Part shown: positions 63,836 to 64,000 of the stretch, one piece after another | Layout of the letters: each line of letters opens with the position of its first letter | Numbering within the stretch: position 1 is the stretch's first letter | Source: Octopus sinensis | Taxonomy: Eukaryota | Direction of reading: 5' to 3' | Assembly (NCBI RefSeq): GCF_006345805.1 | Contig: NC_043022.1 | Span: 4,154,001-4,218,000 of the forward strand | Length of the DNA: 64,000 nt | Made by a program: the position numbers and the translations under genes | Notes under the pieces: model-generated | What the model saw: only the letters and a program-made list of their open reading frames with translations | Databases searched by the model: none | Told to the model about the DNA's origin: nothing

Positions 63836-64000
63836 TAATAACTAACTTTAGGCACAGACAATGAAGTGATGTAGCAAGCAACTGGGTGAGATTTATCAAG
63901 AGCAAACAAAATGTAGAATTGAAAGGAAGGGGTGATGTACGGATTTGACCAAAACGCATGAAATGTAGTTAAATATTTTAATTATTACCTCCAGCAAGAT

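Overview
AT-rich, repeat-saturated animal genomic DNA. The SINE families and microsatellite load resemble an octopus/cephalopod genome (inference). The whole window lies inside one minus-strand, intron-rich gene, RERE/Atrophin-2. I reconstructed six consecutive GT-AG coding exons (44678-44582, 39059-38906, 30141-30008, 24950-24851, 10630-10532, 2918-2838; 665 nt, all phases compatible). They encode the end of the BAH domain, the ELM2 domain and most of the SANT domain. Most supplied ORFs are microsatellite or repeat artefacts. The introns hold dozens of tRNA-derived SINEs from several modular families, LINE fragments (Dong/R4, RTE, CR1, HERO-like), piggyBac/hAT/pogo-type MITEs, a HINE, Penelope-type hammerhead relics, local duplications and minisatellites. 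Most notable: (1) a stack of (AAT)n-targeted retroelements next to one exon, with two Dong/R4 copies and an AAT-tailed non-coding element that may be a non-autonomous partner; (2) hammerhead ribozyme relics; (3) inverted SINE pairs bracketing exons, candidate ADAR or back-splicing substrates; (4) a CpG-rich candidate internal promoter. No clearly novel protein-coding system is supported.
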